Source: an uncultured candidatus Porisulfidus sp. (lineage in GTDB: Bacteria; Pseudomonadota; Gammaproteobacteria; Poriferisulfidales; Poriferisulfidaceae). From it: DNA of 64,000 nt. How positions within the stretch are numbered: the stretch's first letter is position 1; the number at the start of each line of letters is the position of its first letter. Below are positions 28,553 to 37,807 of this stretch, one piece after another. The DNA is taken from contig OZ241993.1 of NCBI GenBank assembly GCA_965204575.1, positions 128,001 through 192,000 on the forward strand, read 5' to 3'. A program made the translations under genes and the position numbers. The notes under the pieces are model-generated. The model saw nothing but the letters and a program-made list of their open reading frames with translations, did not search any database and had not been told where the DNA came from.

Positions 28553-29248
28553 TCAGCCGGGATTCGACATCGCCCCGCGCCAGCTGAAGCTTTTGTTGAT
28601 CGCCCCCAGTTTTTTGTCGTTCGGAGACACCTCGACCTCAACCCGTTCGACTTCAAACCTTTCGGGCAGTTGGAACTCCCCGTTCAGGGCGACGAAGTGG
28701 CGGAACGAGAAAGACTGCTGATCCCCGTTCTCACCAAGTTTCGAGAGCCGGTACTGCCCCGGGCTTCCCTCCACGTGGCCATGCAGGACAAGGTCGTAAC
28801 GGCCTTCCGCGATTTTGGAGAAATCGCCCTGGTAAAGAACCAACCGGTAGCCCCAGTGCCCGCCTTCACCGACGATAAACATCTTGAGCGTATGAATGGA
28901 GAGTTTTTCCTCCCGGTTCGGCCCCGTGATCTTGCGGAACAACTCAAGCTCTTCGCCCGTCTTCCTCAATTCGGCCTCGCTGGTCTGCAGCATGTCCCGA
29001 AGATAGTCCAGCGTCTGGTTGCTGACTTTCAGGCGCCGCTCTGCCATGGTCCGGTCCACCATCAGCACCTCGTTGCGCCGCATTAATTCCTGGATCTCTG
29101 CTTCTTGCCGTGCATTCACGATTTCCAGTTCTTGTGCGGATGTCCCCAAGACATAGACGCCAACGAAATAGGTCAAGGCGCCGGACAGCACCATCAGGAG
29201 AACGATCAGCGGCCAAGCGTCTGTTGACGGCAAACGAAAAAACTTCAT
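28553..29248 (-). CDS. DUF6776 family membrane-anchored coiled-coil protein
   Basis: TM, coiled coil, YRLVLYQ, FSFRHF...GEFQLPERF; between argC and erpA; ATGA-coupled to argC. Confidence 0.7.
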   Translation of the reverse strand: MKFFRLPSTDAWPLIVLLMVLSGALTYFVGVYVLGTSAQELEIVNARQEAEIQELMRRNEVLMVDRTMAERRLKVSNQTLDYLRDMLQTSEAELRKTGEELELFRKITGPNREEKLSIHTLKMFIVGEGGHWGYRLVLYQGDFSKIAEGRYDLVLHGHVEGSPGQYRLSKLGENGDQQSFSFRHFVALNGEFQLPERFEVERVEVEVSPNDKKLGAINKSFSWRGAMSNPG

Positions 29249-30273
29249 GCCGGCAGTGCGATCTGCGGCAGGCCGGCCTGCTCCGACAAACCGAACATCA
29301 GGTTCATGTTCTGGATCGCCTGCCCCGCTGCCCCCTTGATCAGGTTGTCGATAGCGGAAAGAACGACCAGCGGCTCCCCCTCGCCGGGATGCAGGGCGAT
29401 CCGGCAAACATTCGATCCGCGCACGTTCTTGGTCTGCGGCAGGCTTTCCGGCGGCATCACGTCCACGAAGGGCTCGGCGTCATAGCGTTGTTCATACAGT
29501 TCTTGAATCGCCTCCCCGGACAGTTCGGTCCATGCGTACAGGGTCGCCAGGATCCCCCGAATCATCGGTGCCACGTGCGGCGTGAACGTCAACCGCACCG
29601 CTTCTCCGGCCATCTGGCCCAAGGCTTGGGCAATCTCCGGTCCATGCCGATGCCGATGGACGCCGTATGCCCGGAAGTTCTCCATCGCCTCGCTCATCAG
29701 CAGGGGCGTACTGGCTTGACGCCCGGCTCCGCTGATGCCGGACTTGGCATCCGCGACCAGGTGATCCAAGTCGACGGCAGCCGACTCCAACAGCGGCAGG
29801 AGCCCCAGAACCACCGCTGTCGGGTAGCAACCCGGGTTCGCCACCAGCCGCGCTTGACTCACCTGCGCCCGGTTCAGTTCCGGCAACCCGTAAACCGCTT
29901 CCTCCAGCAGTTCCGGGCAAGCATGCGGCATCTGGTAGTACGACTCCCAGACCTGAGGATCCCGCAGCCGGAAATCCGCCGCGAGATCAATCACCCGCCG
30001 ACCCTGCTCCAGGAGTGCCGGGACCTGCTGCATCGCGGTACCGTTCGGCGCCGCGAAGAACACCACCGCACATTCGGTTTCGTACAGCTGCTGATGGGGA
30101 ATGTAGGCAAGATCCACCCCGGCCCGCAGGTGCGGGTGCACGTCGGCCACGGGCCGGCCGGCCTCGGAATCCGAACTGACCGCGACCACCTCGACTTCGG
30201 GATGGCCGCTGAGCAAGCGCAGCAATTCCACGCCGGTATAGCCGGTCGCCCCTACGATGCCTGCCTGGATCAT
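29245..30273 (-). CDS. argC: N-acetyl-gamma-glutamyl-phosphate reductase
   Basis: [26 protein letters not shown]. Confidence 0.97.
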   Translation of the reverse strand: MIQAGIVGATGYTGVELLRLLSGHPEVEVVAVSSDSEAGRPVADVHPHLRAGVDLAYIPHQQLYETECAVVFFAAPNGTAMQQVPALLEQGRRVIDLAADFRLRDPQVWESYYQMPHACPELLEEAVYGLPELNRAQVSQARLVANPGCYPTAVVLGLLPLLESAAVDLDHLVADAKSGISGAGRQASTPLLMSEAMENFRAYGVHRHRHGPEIAQALGQMAGEAVRLTFTPHVAPMIRGILATLYAWTELSGEAIQELYEQRYDAEPFVDVMPPESLPQTKNVRGSNVCRIALHPGEGEPLVVLSAIDNLIKGAAGQAIQNMNLMFGLSEQAGLPQIALPA

Positions 30274-30337
30274 TTGTACGCCTCTATCATGCGAGCGTTC
30301 ATCATATCTGATTGGCGGCCTGTTCTATACTTGCGCC

Positions 30338-30763
30338 ATGCTCTGGCTCAAGGCCCTGCACCTGATTTTCATGGTGACCTGGTTCGCCGGCCTGTTCTAT
30401 CTGCCCCGCCTGTTCGTCTATCACGCGATGAGCGACGACGAGATCAGCCGCCAGCGTTTTTGCGTCATGGAGCGAAAACTGCTGTGGGGCATCGCCACCC
30501 CGGGCGGCGTATTGACTCTCTTGTTCGGGTTCTGGCTCCTAGCCTACCGGCCCGACCTGCTCTTCGTCGGCTGGATGCAACTCAAACTGGCCTTGATCGG
30601 CATCCTGATCGGCTACCACGCATGGTGCATCGTCCTGCAACGCCGGTTCGCGTGCGGAGACAACCGCCACGGTCATGTCTGGTACCGGTGGTTCAACGAA
30701 GCCCCTGTCGTGATCCTGATCGCTGTCGTCGTTCTGGCCGTGTTGCGCCCGGAGGTGTTCTAG
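30338..30763 (+). CDS. hemJ: Protoporphyrinogen oxidase HemJ (CopD-like)
   Basis: WLKALH, WFAGLFYLPRLFVYH, MERKL, RWFNE. Confidence 0.9.
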   Translation: MLWLKALHLIFMVTWFAGLFYLPRLFVYHAMSDDEISRQRFCVMERKLLWGIATPGGVLTLLFGFWLLAYRPDLLFVGWMQLKLALIGILIGYHAWCIVLQRRFACGDNRHGHVWYRWFNEAPVVILIAVVVLAVLRPEVF

Positions 30764-30769
30764 GCCCGC

Positions 30770-31096
30770 TCATTCCCCGCTTTTTCCGGCGAGTTTCATG
30801 TAGTACGGGTGGTTCCGCAGGAAATGGGCAAATTCGTAATATCCGACCCTTCCGTCGCCGTTCTGATCAACCTGGTGAAAGACTTTGTGCAACCCCTTTG
30901 CCGTGGGCGCCTTCGCTTCCTTCTCGGAAATGAACTCGTTGCGATCCAGGTCCGTCCCCCAGAAAGCCCCTGCCAGATAGCCTTTTCCGGCTCCACCTCC
31001 GCCGTCCAGCGCCAGAGCCGCGCCCCCCATCCAGAAGACGGCACCAATCAGGCATAATGTTCGCGCCATCCGGATGCGAAATCGTCTCCTCATCAT
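30770..31096 (-). CDS. Small secreted EF-hand protein
   Basis: Signal-like N-terminus; loops DLDRNEFISEKE and DQNGDGRVGYYE. Confidence 0.65.
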   Translation of the reverse strand: MMRRRFRIRMARTLCLIGAVFWMGGAALALDGGGGAGKGYLAGAFWGTDLDRNEFISEKEAKAPTAKGLHKVFHQVDQNGDGRVGYYEFAHFLRNHPYYMKLAGKSGE

Positions 31097-31144
31097 TCTC
31101 GCAACCTCCCGGCTCCCATCCTATCGCATCCCACCGCCCGCCAC

Positions 31145-31819
31145 ATGAACGCGACCGTTCTCTACGATCTGGATCATACGCTGATCGGCTGTGACAGCGA
31201 CTACGAATGGGGCCAATTCCTGGCGGACTCGGGGGACATCGACGGCGACGCCTACCGTGCCCGCAACCAAGCTTTCTATGACGACTACCGCCATGGGAGA
31301 TTGGACCCGGTCGCGTACCTGGAGTTCGTCTTGGCCCCTCTCGGGCAAATCAACGGGCAGAGGCTGGAAGAACTTCGCGCGCAGTTCCTGGAGACCCGGA
31401 TCCTTCCGGTCCTGCGCCCCCGCGCCCGGCAATTGATCTCGGAACACCGGCAGCGCGGGCTGCGGCAGGTGGTCGTGACCTCGACCAATGCCTTTATCGC
31501 CGAACCCATCGTGCAGGCATTGGGAATCCCCACCCTGATCGCGCCCCGGCCCGAGATGCAGGCGGGACGGTACACCGGAAAACTGCTGGATTCCTCCTGT
31601 TTCGCCGCCGACAAGCCGGAGCGAGTCCGAGCCTGGGCAGAACAGGAAGGAATACGGCTCGGCGAGACCTGGGGGTACTCCGATTCGTTCAACGACATTC
31701 CGCTTCTGGAATTCGTCGATCACCCGGTGGCGGTAGACCCGGACCCGGCCCTGCGCGCCCATGCGCAGGAACGAGGCTGGGAAATCATCAGCTTGTGCGA
31801 GGACTACTCCGGGGAATAG
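31145..31819 (+). CDS. HAD-IB family hydrolase (SerB1/histidinol-phosphatase-like)
   Basis: DLDHTL, YSDSFNDIPLL motifs. Confidence 0.9.
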   Translation: MNATVLYDLDHTLIGCDSDYEWGQFLADSGDIDGDAYRARNQAFYDDYRHGRLDPVAYLEFVLAPLGQINGQRLEELRAQFLETRILPVLRPRARQLISEHRQRGLRQVVVTSTNAFIAEPIVQALGIPTLIAPRPEMQAGRYTGKLLDSSCFAADKPERVRAWAEQEGIRLGETWGYSDSFNDIPLLEFVDHPVAVDPDPALRAHAQERGWEIISLCEDYSGE

Positions 31820-32739
31820 CCAAACTCTTCCCTGAAACGTTCCGTCAGTTCGGCCAGGGTCATGGTGTGGTTTTGCGCACCCTGATGCTTGATCTTGCAG
31901 GCCCCCATCAGCGAGCCGAGACGCCCACAGGTCTCCCAATCCATGTCGTTCAGGATGCCGTACAGAAGCCCGGCCCGATAAGCGTCGCCGCATCCGGTCG
32001 GGTCCACGTCCTCCTCCACCGGCACCGCCGGGATCTCCAGCATTGCACGGCCTTTGGGATAGATGCAGGATCCTCGCTCGGAATGCGTCACGACCACGGC
32101 TTCGAGCCGTTCCGCCAACTGTTCGATCGTCAGTTCACTTTTTTTCTGCATCAGCTCCGCCTCGAAACCGTTGAATGCCGCCCAGGTCGCCTGCTCCACA
32201 AAACGCAGGAAGTCCTCTTTCTGGAACATCGGCATCCCTTGCCCCGGGTCGAACAGGAACGGGGTCCCGGCCTCCGCCATCTGTTGCGCGTGTTCGATCA
32301 TGCCGGTCCGGCCTTCGGGGGAAATCAGACCCAGGCGGATATCAGTCGGATCCACTTCCTGCTCATGACAGAGGTCCATTGCGCCCGGGTGGAAGAGCGT
32401 GATCTGGTTGTCGTCGAGGTCGGTCGAAATGAACGCCTGGGAAGTGAACCGGTCTCCCAGTTCCTTGACCCGGCTGCGCGAAATCCCCTTTTCATCCATC
32501 CACGCGGCATAATCCTGAAAATCGCGGCCGACCGTCGCCATCGGATACCCGGTCACGTCCAATAAGCCCAGGTTGTAGGCGATGTTTCCGGCGCATCCCC
32601 CGAATTCCCGGCGCATGTGTGAGGCCAGGAATGAAACGTTCAGATGGTCGGCTGCGTCCGGGAGAATGTTCTCCCTGAAACGGCCGTCGAACCGCATGAT
32701 GACGTCGTAGGCCAAGGAGCCGCAAATCAGTACCGACAT
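31804..32739 (-). CDS. PfkB family carbohydrate kinase (adenosine kinase-like)
   Basis: GSLAYD, GGCAGNIAY, FDPGQ, DPTGCGDAYRAG. Confidence 0.92.
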   Translation of the reverse strand: MSVLICGSLAYDVIMRFDGRFRENILPDAADHLNVSFLASHMRREFGGCAGNIAYNLGLLDVTGYPMATVGRDFQDYAAWMDEKGISRSRVKELGDRFTSQAFISTDLDDNQITLFHPGAMDLCHEQEVDPTDIRLGLISPEGRTGMIEHAQQMAEAGTPFLFDPGQGMPMFQKEDFLRFVEQATWAAFNGFEAELMQKKSELTIEQLAERLEAVVVTHSERGSCIYPKGRAMLEIPAVPVEEDVDPTGCGDAYRAGLLYGILNDMDWETCGRLGSLMGACKIKHQGAQNHTMTLAELTERFREEFGYSPE

Positions 32740-32774
32740 GGGAAGAGAGAGCTTCGAGGAACTTGAGGATGTCC

Positions 32775-33887
32775 TTATAGTTTATCGGTTCCGTTCCCGT
32801 CCGCGCCGAAGGTGGGCCGGCTTTCGTTGGGCAGCAGCGGCAATCCAGCCTTCTGCTTCCCCTCGACTTCCTCGATGGCTTCTTCCATGGCGAGGAAACG
32901 CTTGGCCGTCGACGGATGAGTCGTCCCCTCCAGGTTGATCGCTCGGGGATTCTCGGCAGCCATGCGCCGCCAGAACTTCATGGCGTTCCGGACATCGTAG
33001 CCTGCGCGGGCGGCATGATAGACCCCGACATAGTCCGCTTCGGCCTCGAACTCCTGGCTGTATGCCTGGGCACCGATGGCGCGGCCCGTCTCCGCCATGT
33101 CGACCCCGATGGCCACTCCCACGAGGGCTCCTAGAAGAATTCCGATGAATTCATTGCCCCGCTTGGATTCGATGTGCCCGCGGGTATTGTGCGCCAGCTC
33201 GTGTCCGATCACGGCAGCCAGTTCATCGTCGTCCTCGACGAAACGCAGGAACCCCGTGGTCACGTAGATGCTGCTGCCATCGGCAAAGGCGTTGACTTCG
33301 TCGCTGAGCCCCCAATGGACCGGGAATGCGCAGACTCGGTCCGGCCGCACGGCCACCGTACGTGCCCGGCCGTCCCGAATAATGCCAAGCCGGACCTCCT
33401 TTCCGCCCGATTCATCCAGTATTTCAACCAAGTCCTCCATGGCATCCTCGCCGTCGTCCAAGGTCTCTTCGTCCACCGCAGCGATCTTGTCTCCGACCCG
33501 GATGTCCGCACGCTCACCCGAGGAACCCGGCGTCACGTTGACGACGGTCAGGGCATTCCCGATTCCGAATTCCTCTTTCGCGATGTCGCGGTATTCCTCA
33601 TCCATCTGTTCCGTCGTCCAGCCGCTGATGCCGAGACTGTAGGTGATATCGGTGCCGCATAGTGCGGCATTGTGGAACAGAACGGGATAGGCGACCCGGG
33701 CGACGCGCGCTTCGGTATCGAGGGCATTCTGTATGACCGCAACGCGCTGCTTTCGGGCTTCCTCCGCAGCGGCCTTGTCATCGATCTCCGGGAAGTCCGC
33801 CGTCGGGGCACAAGCGGCCAGGAAAAAAACGGCCGCAATGCCAGCAACCGCGTGTCTCGATGCAATCATCAAGGAAACCACATACAA
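32775..33887 (-). CDS. M48 metallopeptidase lipoprotein with PDZ domain
   Basis: Lipobox LAAC, PDZ (GDKIAAVD), NAFA, HELAH, EAEAD, THP. Confidence 0.88.
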   Translation of the reverse strand: MYVVSLMIASRHAVAGIAAVFFLAACAPTADFPEIDDKAAAEEARKQRVAVIQNALDTEARVARVAYPVLFHNAALCGTDITYSLGISGWTTEQMDEEYRDIAKEEFGIGNALTVVNVTPGSSGERADIRVGDKIAAVDEETLDDGEDAMEDLVEILDESGGKEVRLGIIRDGRARTVAVRPDRVCAFPVHWGLSDEVNAFADGSSIYVTTGFLRFVEDDDELAAVIGHELAHNTRGHIESKRGNEFIGILLGALVGVAIGVDMAETGRAIGAQAYSQEFEAEADYVGVYHAARAGYDVRNAMKFWRRMAAENPRAINLEGTTHPSTAKRFLAMEEAIEEVEGKQKAGLPLLPNESRPTFGADGNGTDKL

Positions 33888-33947
33888 GATGATTTTGAGG
33901 CTACCATCGGCCCTAGGCTATCGTGCCTTATGTGCGAGGTCGGTCGA

Positions 33948-34124
33948 TTAGGTCTGTGGTTCCTGCGGGCGACCCAAAAAGCCTTGCAGTAAGCCCTCCA
34001 CTCGGCCTACGCGCTCGCGCAGGTCGGCTATTTCTTTACGTAGGCCGCCAATTTCCCGGTGCAAGCTCCAGAGGAAACCGATAATCGCGACAACTGAAAC
34101 AATCTGAATTGTCGTGCTATCCAT
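33948..34124 (-). CDS. 58-aa single-TM plus coiled-coil small protein
   Basis: MDSTTIQIVSVVAIIGFLWSLHREIGGLRKEIADLRERVGRVEGLLQGFLGRPQEPQT; GGAG RBS; below the ORF track cutoff. Confidence 0.7.
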   Translation of the reverse strand: MDSTTIQIVSVVAIIGFLWSLHREIGGLRKEIADLRERVGRVEGLLQGFLGRPQEPQT

Positions 34125-34271
34125 AATGACTCCGTGTCTCGGCCGGGCAGCCTTTTATATTCCGGCCTTCAATGTGATTGAAGCCTCTCGTCAATTCCAT
34201 TTTCAGAGAGGGCAGAATGCTCCGAGTATAGCACGGGGATTCTCCTCAAAACGGGGTGCGATAAGCCCTCT

Positions 34272-35627
34272 TCAATAGCTCGGCAAACCTCTTGGAACAA
34301 ACCCTCCGCCATGCTCGATCCGCCAGCTGTAATACCCGAGCGTCAGGCTGCGCGCGATCATAAAACCGGTCAGCGCGAGCCACAGCCCATGGTTTCCCAG
34401 GCTCTCCGTGACAAACCAAATTGCCAGGTAGGCCCCGATCGACAGGACCATGCTGTTGCGCATCTCGCGGGTGCGAGTCGTGCCGATGAACAACCCGTCC
34501 ATCAGGAAAGGCAGCAAGCAGAACACGGGCAACGCGATAAGCCAGGGCAGGTAGGTCGATGCCGCGCCCTGGACCTCGGGCAGCGAAGTAAGCCAGCCGA
34601 TGATGAGAGTCCCGACCCCCGCGAAGAAGGCGATCAGCAAAATCCCGATCAGCATGCACCAGAAAAGCGCGGAGGCGACGACGCGCTCGAACAGTTGCCG
34701 GTCCCGCATTCCGACCGCCCGCCCGCACAGCACTTCCAGGCCATGGGCAAAACCGTCCATGCCATAGGCCGTGATGTAGAAGAAATTGATCAGCACGGCA
34801 TTGGCAGCCAATACGACCGCCCCAAAATCCGCACCCTGCGCCATGAAGAAGGCAAACGAAAACAGCAACAGGATCGTGCGCACGAACAGATGGTGGTTGA
34901 CCGCGAACAGGTTCTTCCACGCCGGTGCGTCCCACAGTCCATGCACCGTCATCCGCGGCATGGGCCGGAGCATGCGCCGCAGAATCCAGACTCCCAGCAG
35001 GAGGCCGCTGTAGTTCGCCACTAGGAAGGCGTACGCCACTCCCCGTGTCTGCAGGCCGAAGTAGAACACCAGCACGACGTCCAGCACCATGTTGACCACG
35101 TTGATCCAAAGCGCCAGGTACAAGGGAGTCCGGGCGTTCTGCATGCCCAGGCACCACCCCCAGATCACCATGTTCAGCAATACGGCCGGCATGCTCCAGA
35201 TGCAGATCTCGAAATACAACTGGGAGTGCAGGTTGATTTCCTGCTCCAAGGCCAGAAGTGTGTAGCTGATGTGCTGCAGCGGTTCTCTCAGAAGCACCAC
35301 CACCGTCGAAATTAATACGGCGGACACCAGGCTGCGCAGTAAGACCAGCCGAGTCTTGTTGGAATCATGGGATGCCTGCGCAGCCAATGCGGTCGTACTC
35401 ATGCGCAGGAACCCGACGCCCCAGAACAAAAACTGGATCAATGTCGATCCAACCGCCACCGCGCCCAGGTAGTACGCTGCTTCCAGGTGCCCCATCACGA
35501 ACGTATCGACCATTCCCAACAGAGGTGTGGCCAGACCGGTCAGCGTCATCGGCCCGGCGATCCGCCACAGGCGCCGATGATCCTCCCATGTCGGCAGGCG
35601 ACTTCGAAGCGATGCCAGAGGATTCAT
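34272..35627 (-). CDS. dinF: MATE family efflux transporter (DinF-like)
   Basis: PLLGMVDT, GFLRMSTT, YGMDGFAH, about 12 TM. Confidence 0.88.
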   Translation of the reverse strand: MNPLASLRSRLPTWEDHRRLWRIAGPMTLTGLATPLLGMVDTFVMGHLEAAYYLGAVAVGSTLIQFLFWGVGFLRMSTTALAAQASHDSNKTRLVLLRSLVSAVLISTVVVLLREPLQHISYTLLALEQEINLHSQLYFEICIWSMPAVLLNMVIWGWCLGMQNARTPLYLALWINVVNMVLDVVLVFYFGLQTRGVAYAFLVANYSGLLLGVWILRRMLRPMPRMTVHGLWDAPAWKNLFAVNHHLFVRTILLLFSFAFFMAQGADFGAVVLAANAVLINFFYITAYGMDGFAHGLEVLCGRAVGMRDRQLFERVVASALFWCMLIGILLIAFFAGVGTLIIGWLTSLPEVQGAASTYLPWLIALPVFCLLPFLMDGLFIGTTRTREMRNSMVLSIGAYLAIWFVTESLGNHGLWLALTGFMIARSLTLGYYSWRIEHGGGFVPRGLPSY

Positions 35628-35672
35628 GACATTCGGCTACCTTAGCTGCTTCTAAAGGGGCTCCGAGGTTTT

Positions 35673-37099
35673 GTGTGGAAAGCCGTGATAGAGTACACGA
35701 TCATGCACCGAGCCTCCCGCTACCGTCTGTATCCGAACCAGACGCAGGAGCGGCAGTTCGCTCGGCTGTGCGGGGCCGGGCGGTTCGTCTACAACGAGTT
35801 GCTGGCTGACCAGATCCGGGAATACGAGCGTTTCGAGGCCGGCGAGAGAGACAGGCCGGGTGCCTCCGAGTTTGATTTCGGGAGGCGGTATGCGCGCCTG
35901 AAAACACAGGAAGGCTACGAGTGGCTGCGGGAGTTGTCGGCTGTGGTCGTCCGCGGCACGGGCGCCTTTCCCCTGGGATCAGCCTTCGCGCATTTCTCCC
36001 GTCGGATCCGGGAGGGCCAGTGCGGCAAGCCGACCGGGTTCCCCCGTTTCAAGGTCAAGGGCGTCAGCCGGGAGTCGTTCACGATCCCGGAGGCCGTGAA
36101 GATCCGGAGCAAGCGATTTTGGGTGCCGAAGATCGGCTGGGTCCGGATGAACCGCAAGGCGCAATCGCGCGCGCGGGGGGCCGACCCCTGGGACGGCGGC
36201 GAAGCCAAGACCGCGGTGGTGTACCGGGAACTGGGCAAGTGGTATGTGTCGGTGCTTTGGGAGGTGGAAGATCCGGACTGGCGCTGGCATGGCGGGGTCT
36301 GCGGCATCGACCGCAACTCGGAAAACCTCGCGGGGGCCTGGAGCGGAGGGCGGAGGCTGATCGAGATTCCGTACGAGCGGATCGGGAAGTACGAGGCGCG
36401 AGCCCGGCACTACCAGTGGTGGGCGAGCCGCCGGGAGCGGATCGAGCTGAAGGACTCCGACGGGGAGCCGGTGCGCACGAAGTCGGGCAAGAAGATCAAG
36501 GTGGCCTCGAACCGGCGCCAGCGGTTGCAGTTGCGCGCGGCGAAGGCGAAGCGCAAGGCGGCGGAGATCCGCCGGGACTTCAGTCACCAGGCCTCGGCGG
36601 ACCTGGCTCGGAACTTCCAGCACATCGTGCTGGAGGAGCTGGACGTACAGGCGATGCGGCGCTCGGCGCGGGGGACAAGGGAGAGACCGGGGAGAAACGT
36701 CAAGGCGAAGTCCGCGCTGAACCGGAAGATGGCGCAGTCCTCCTGCATGGGGATGGTGGACCGTTTTCTGAAGTACAAGGCTTGGGACCTGATCCGGGTG
36801 CCAGCACGAAACACCAGTCGGGCGTGCGCGGAATGCGGGCACACCGAACAGGACAACCGAAAGGAGCAGGCGCACTTCCAGTGTCGGGCCTGCGGGCACA
36901 CGGACCATGCGGACCTCAATGCCGCGCGAAATATTCTGAATTTGGGCTTGGAAAAGCTCTTGGCCGGAGGCGCTCCGGTGACGGGACGGGGAGGGGACAA
37001 CGAAGCGGGGGCATTCTTCTTTGAGTGCCTAGTGGAGACCGCCGACGATCCGTCAACGATGCAGTGGAATTACCGGGGCTCGCCCCCTGATTTCCACAC
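35673..37099 (+). mobile_element. Non-autonomous tnpB-only (IS1341-like, IS200/IS605 superfamily) element; ends inferred
   Basis: Only tnpB between divergent dinF and thiE; bounded by GTGTGGAAA (35673-35681) and TTTCCACAC (37091-37099); G-rich coding strand unlike neighbours. Confidence 0.7.
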
Positions 37100-37103
37100 T
37101 TAA
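35703..37103 (+). CDS. tnpB: RNA-guided endonuclease TnpB
   Basis: YRLYPN HTH_OrfB start, GFPRFK, RuvC D (GIDRN), E (VLEEL), D (ADLNAARNI), Zn finger CAECG/CRACG. Confidence 0.95.
   Translation: MHRASRYRLYPNQTQERQFARLCGAGRFVYNELLADQIREYERFEAGERDRPGASEFDFGRRYARLKTQEGYEWLRELSAVVVRGTGAFPLGSAFAHFSRRIREGQCGKPTGFPRFKVKGVSRESFTIPEAVKIRSKRFWVPKIGWVRMNRKAQSRARGADPWDGGEAKTAVVYRELGKWYVSVLWEVEDPDWRWHGGVCGIDRNSENLAGAWSGGRRLIEIPYERIGKYEARARHYQWWASRRERIELKDSDGEPVRTKSGKKIKVASNRRQRLQLRAAKAKRKAAEIRRDFSHQASADLARNFQHIVLEELDVQAMRRSARGTRERPGRNVKAKSALNRKMAQSSCMGMVDRFLKYKAWDLIRVPARNTSRACAECGHTEQDNRKEQAHFQCRACGHTDHADLNAARNILNLGLEKLLAGGAPVTGRGGDNEAGAFFFECLVETADDPSTMQWNYRGSPPDFHT
36960..37099 (+). ncRNA. Putative TnpB omega/reRNA scaffold overlapping the tnpB 3' end
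   Basis: Nested stems TGACGGGA/TCCGTCA, GGCATTC/GAGTGCC and terminal hairpin GTGGAA..GGGG-CTCG-CCCC..TTCCAC; position expected for TnpB guide RNAs. Confidence 0.55.
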
Positions 37104-37186
37104 TCGCGAAGCGCCCTTCTAAAATACGGGGTCATGTGTTCACCGGCACCCCATCCCTGGCCTGTCCCCCGAAGTTCATCGAATTC

Positions 37187-37807
37187 ATGGCTTTCCATCT
37201 GCACGGATTGTACGCGCTGACCCCGGACGATTGCTCTTCCCTGGCGGATGCCGTGGAAGCGGCCATCGCGGGCGGTGCCCGCATGATCCAGTACCGGGAC
37301 AAGACCGCCAGCACGACGAAACGCGAAGCGCGCGCAAAAACTCTGCTCGCACTGTGCCGATCGCAGGGTGTCCCGCTGATCATCAACGACGATCTTGACT
37401 TGGCGTTGGCCCTTGGCGCCGACGGCGTGCACCTGGGCGAAGACGACTGCTCCATCGCCAAAGCCCGGGAACGGTTTCCAGAAGGATTGATCGGTGCCTC
37501 TTGCTACAATGATTTTGCACGTGCCCAAGCCGCCATTCGCTCAGGCGCCTCCTACGTGGCTTTCGGAAGTTTCTACGCCAGCCCCACCCGGCCCGACACC
37601 GTCACCGCCCAACCCGACCTCCTGATGCGCGCACGTCGCGAACTGTCTGTCCCGGTCTGCGCCATCGGTGGGATCAACGCGGATAATGCGGCACCCCTGA
37701 TCCAGGCCGGAGCCAACCTGCTGGCGGTCTGCAGTGGAATCTTCGCGCAGCCGGACATCACTTCCTCCACCCGGGCAATCACTCGCCAGTTCCAAGAAAA
37801 TGGCTGA
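37187..37807 (+). CDS. thiE: Thiamine phosphate synthase
   Basis: GLYALT, QYRDK, LIINDD, GVHLG, AIGGI. Confidence 0.93.
   Translation: MAFHLHGLYALTPDDCSSLADAVEAAIAGGARMIQYRDKTASTTKREARAKTLLALCRSQGVPLIINDDLDLALALGADGVHLGEDDCSIAKARERFPEGLIGASCYNDFARAQAAIRSGASYVAFGSFYASPTRPDTVTAQPDLLMRARRELSVPVCAIGGINADNAAPLIQAGANLLAVCSGIFAQPDITSSTRAITRQFQENG

Noticed and set aside
29110-30933. 607-aa plus-strand ORF
   Set aside because: Antisense shadow of argC and off-frame over hemJ; no motifs; expected in GC-rich DNA.
35921-37024. 367-aa alternative frame and 309-aa antisense ORF within tnpB as a possible hidden transposase
   Set aside because: Gly/Ala/Pro/Arg-rich with no HUH, serine recombinase or DDE motifs.
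35649-37123. CTTCTAAA direct repeat on both sides of tnpB as a target-site duplication
   Set aside because: Each copy lies 16 nt outside the inferred ends rather than abutting them, and tnpB elements normally make no TSD; revisit if multi-copy alignment shifts the boundaries.
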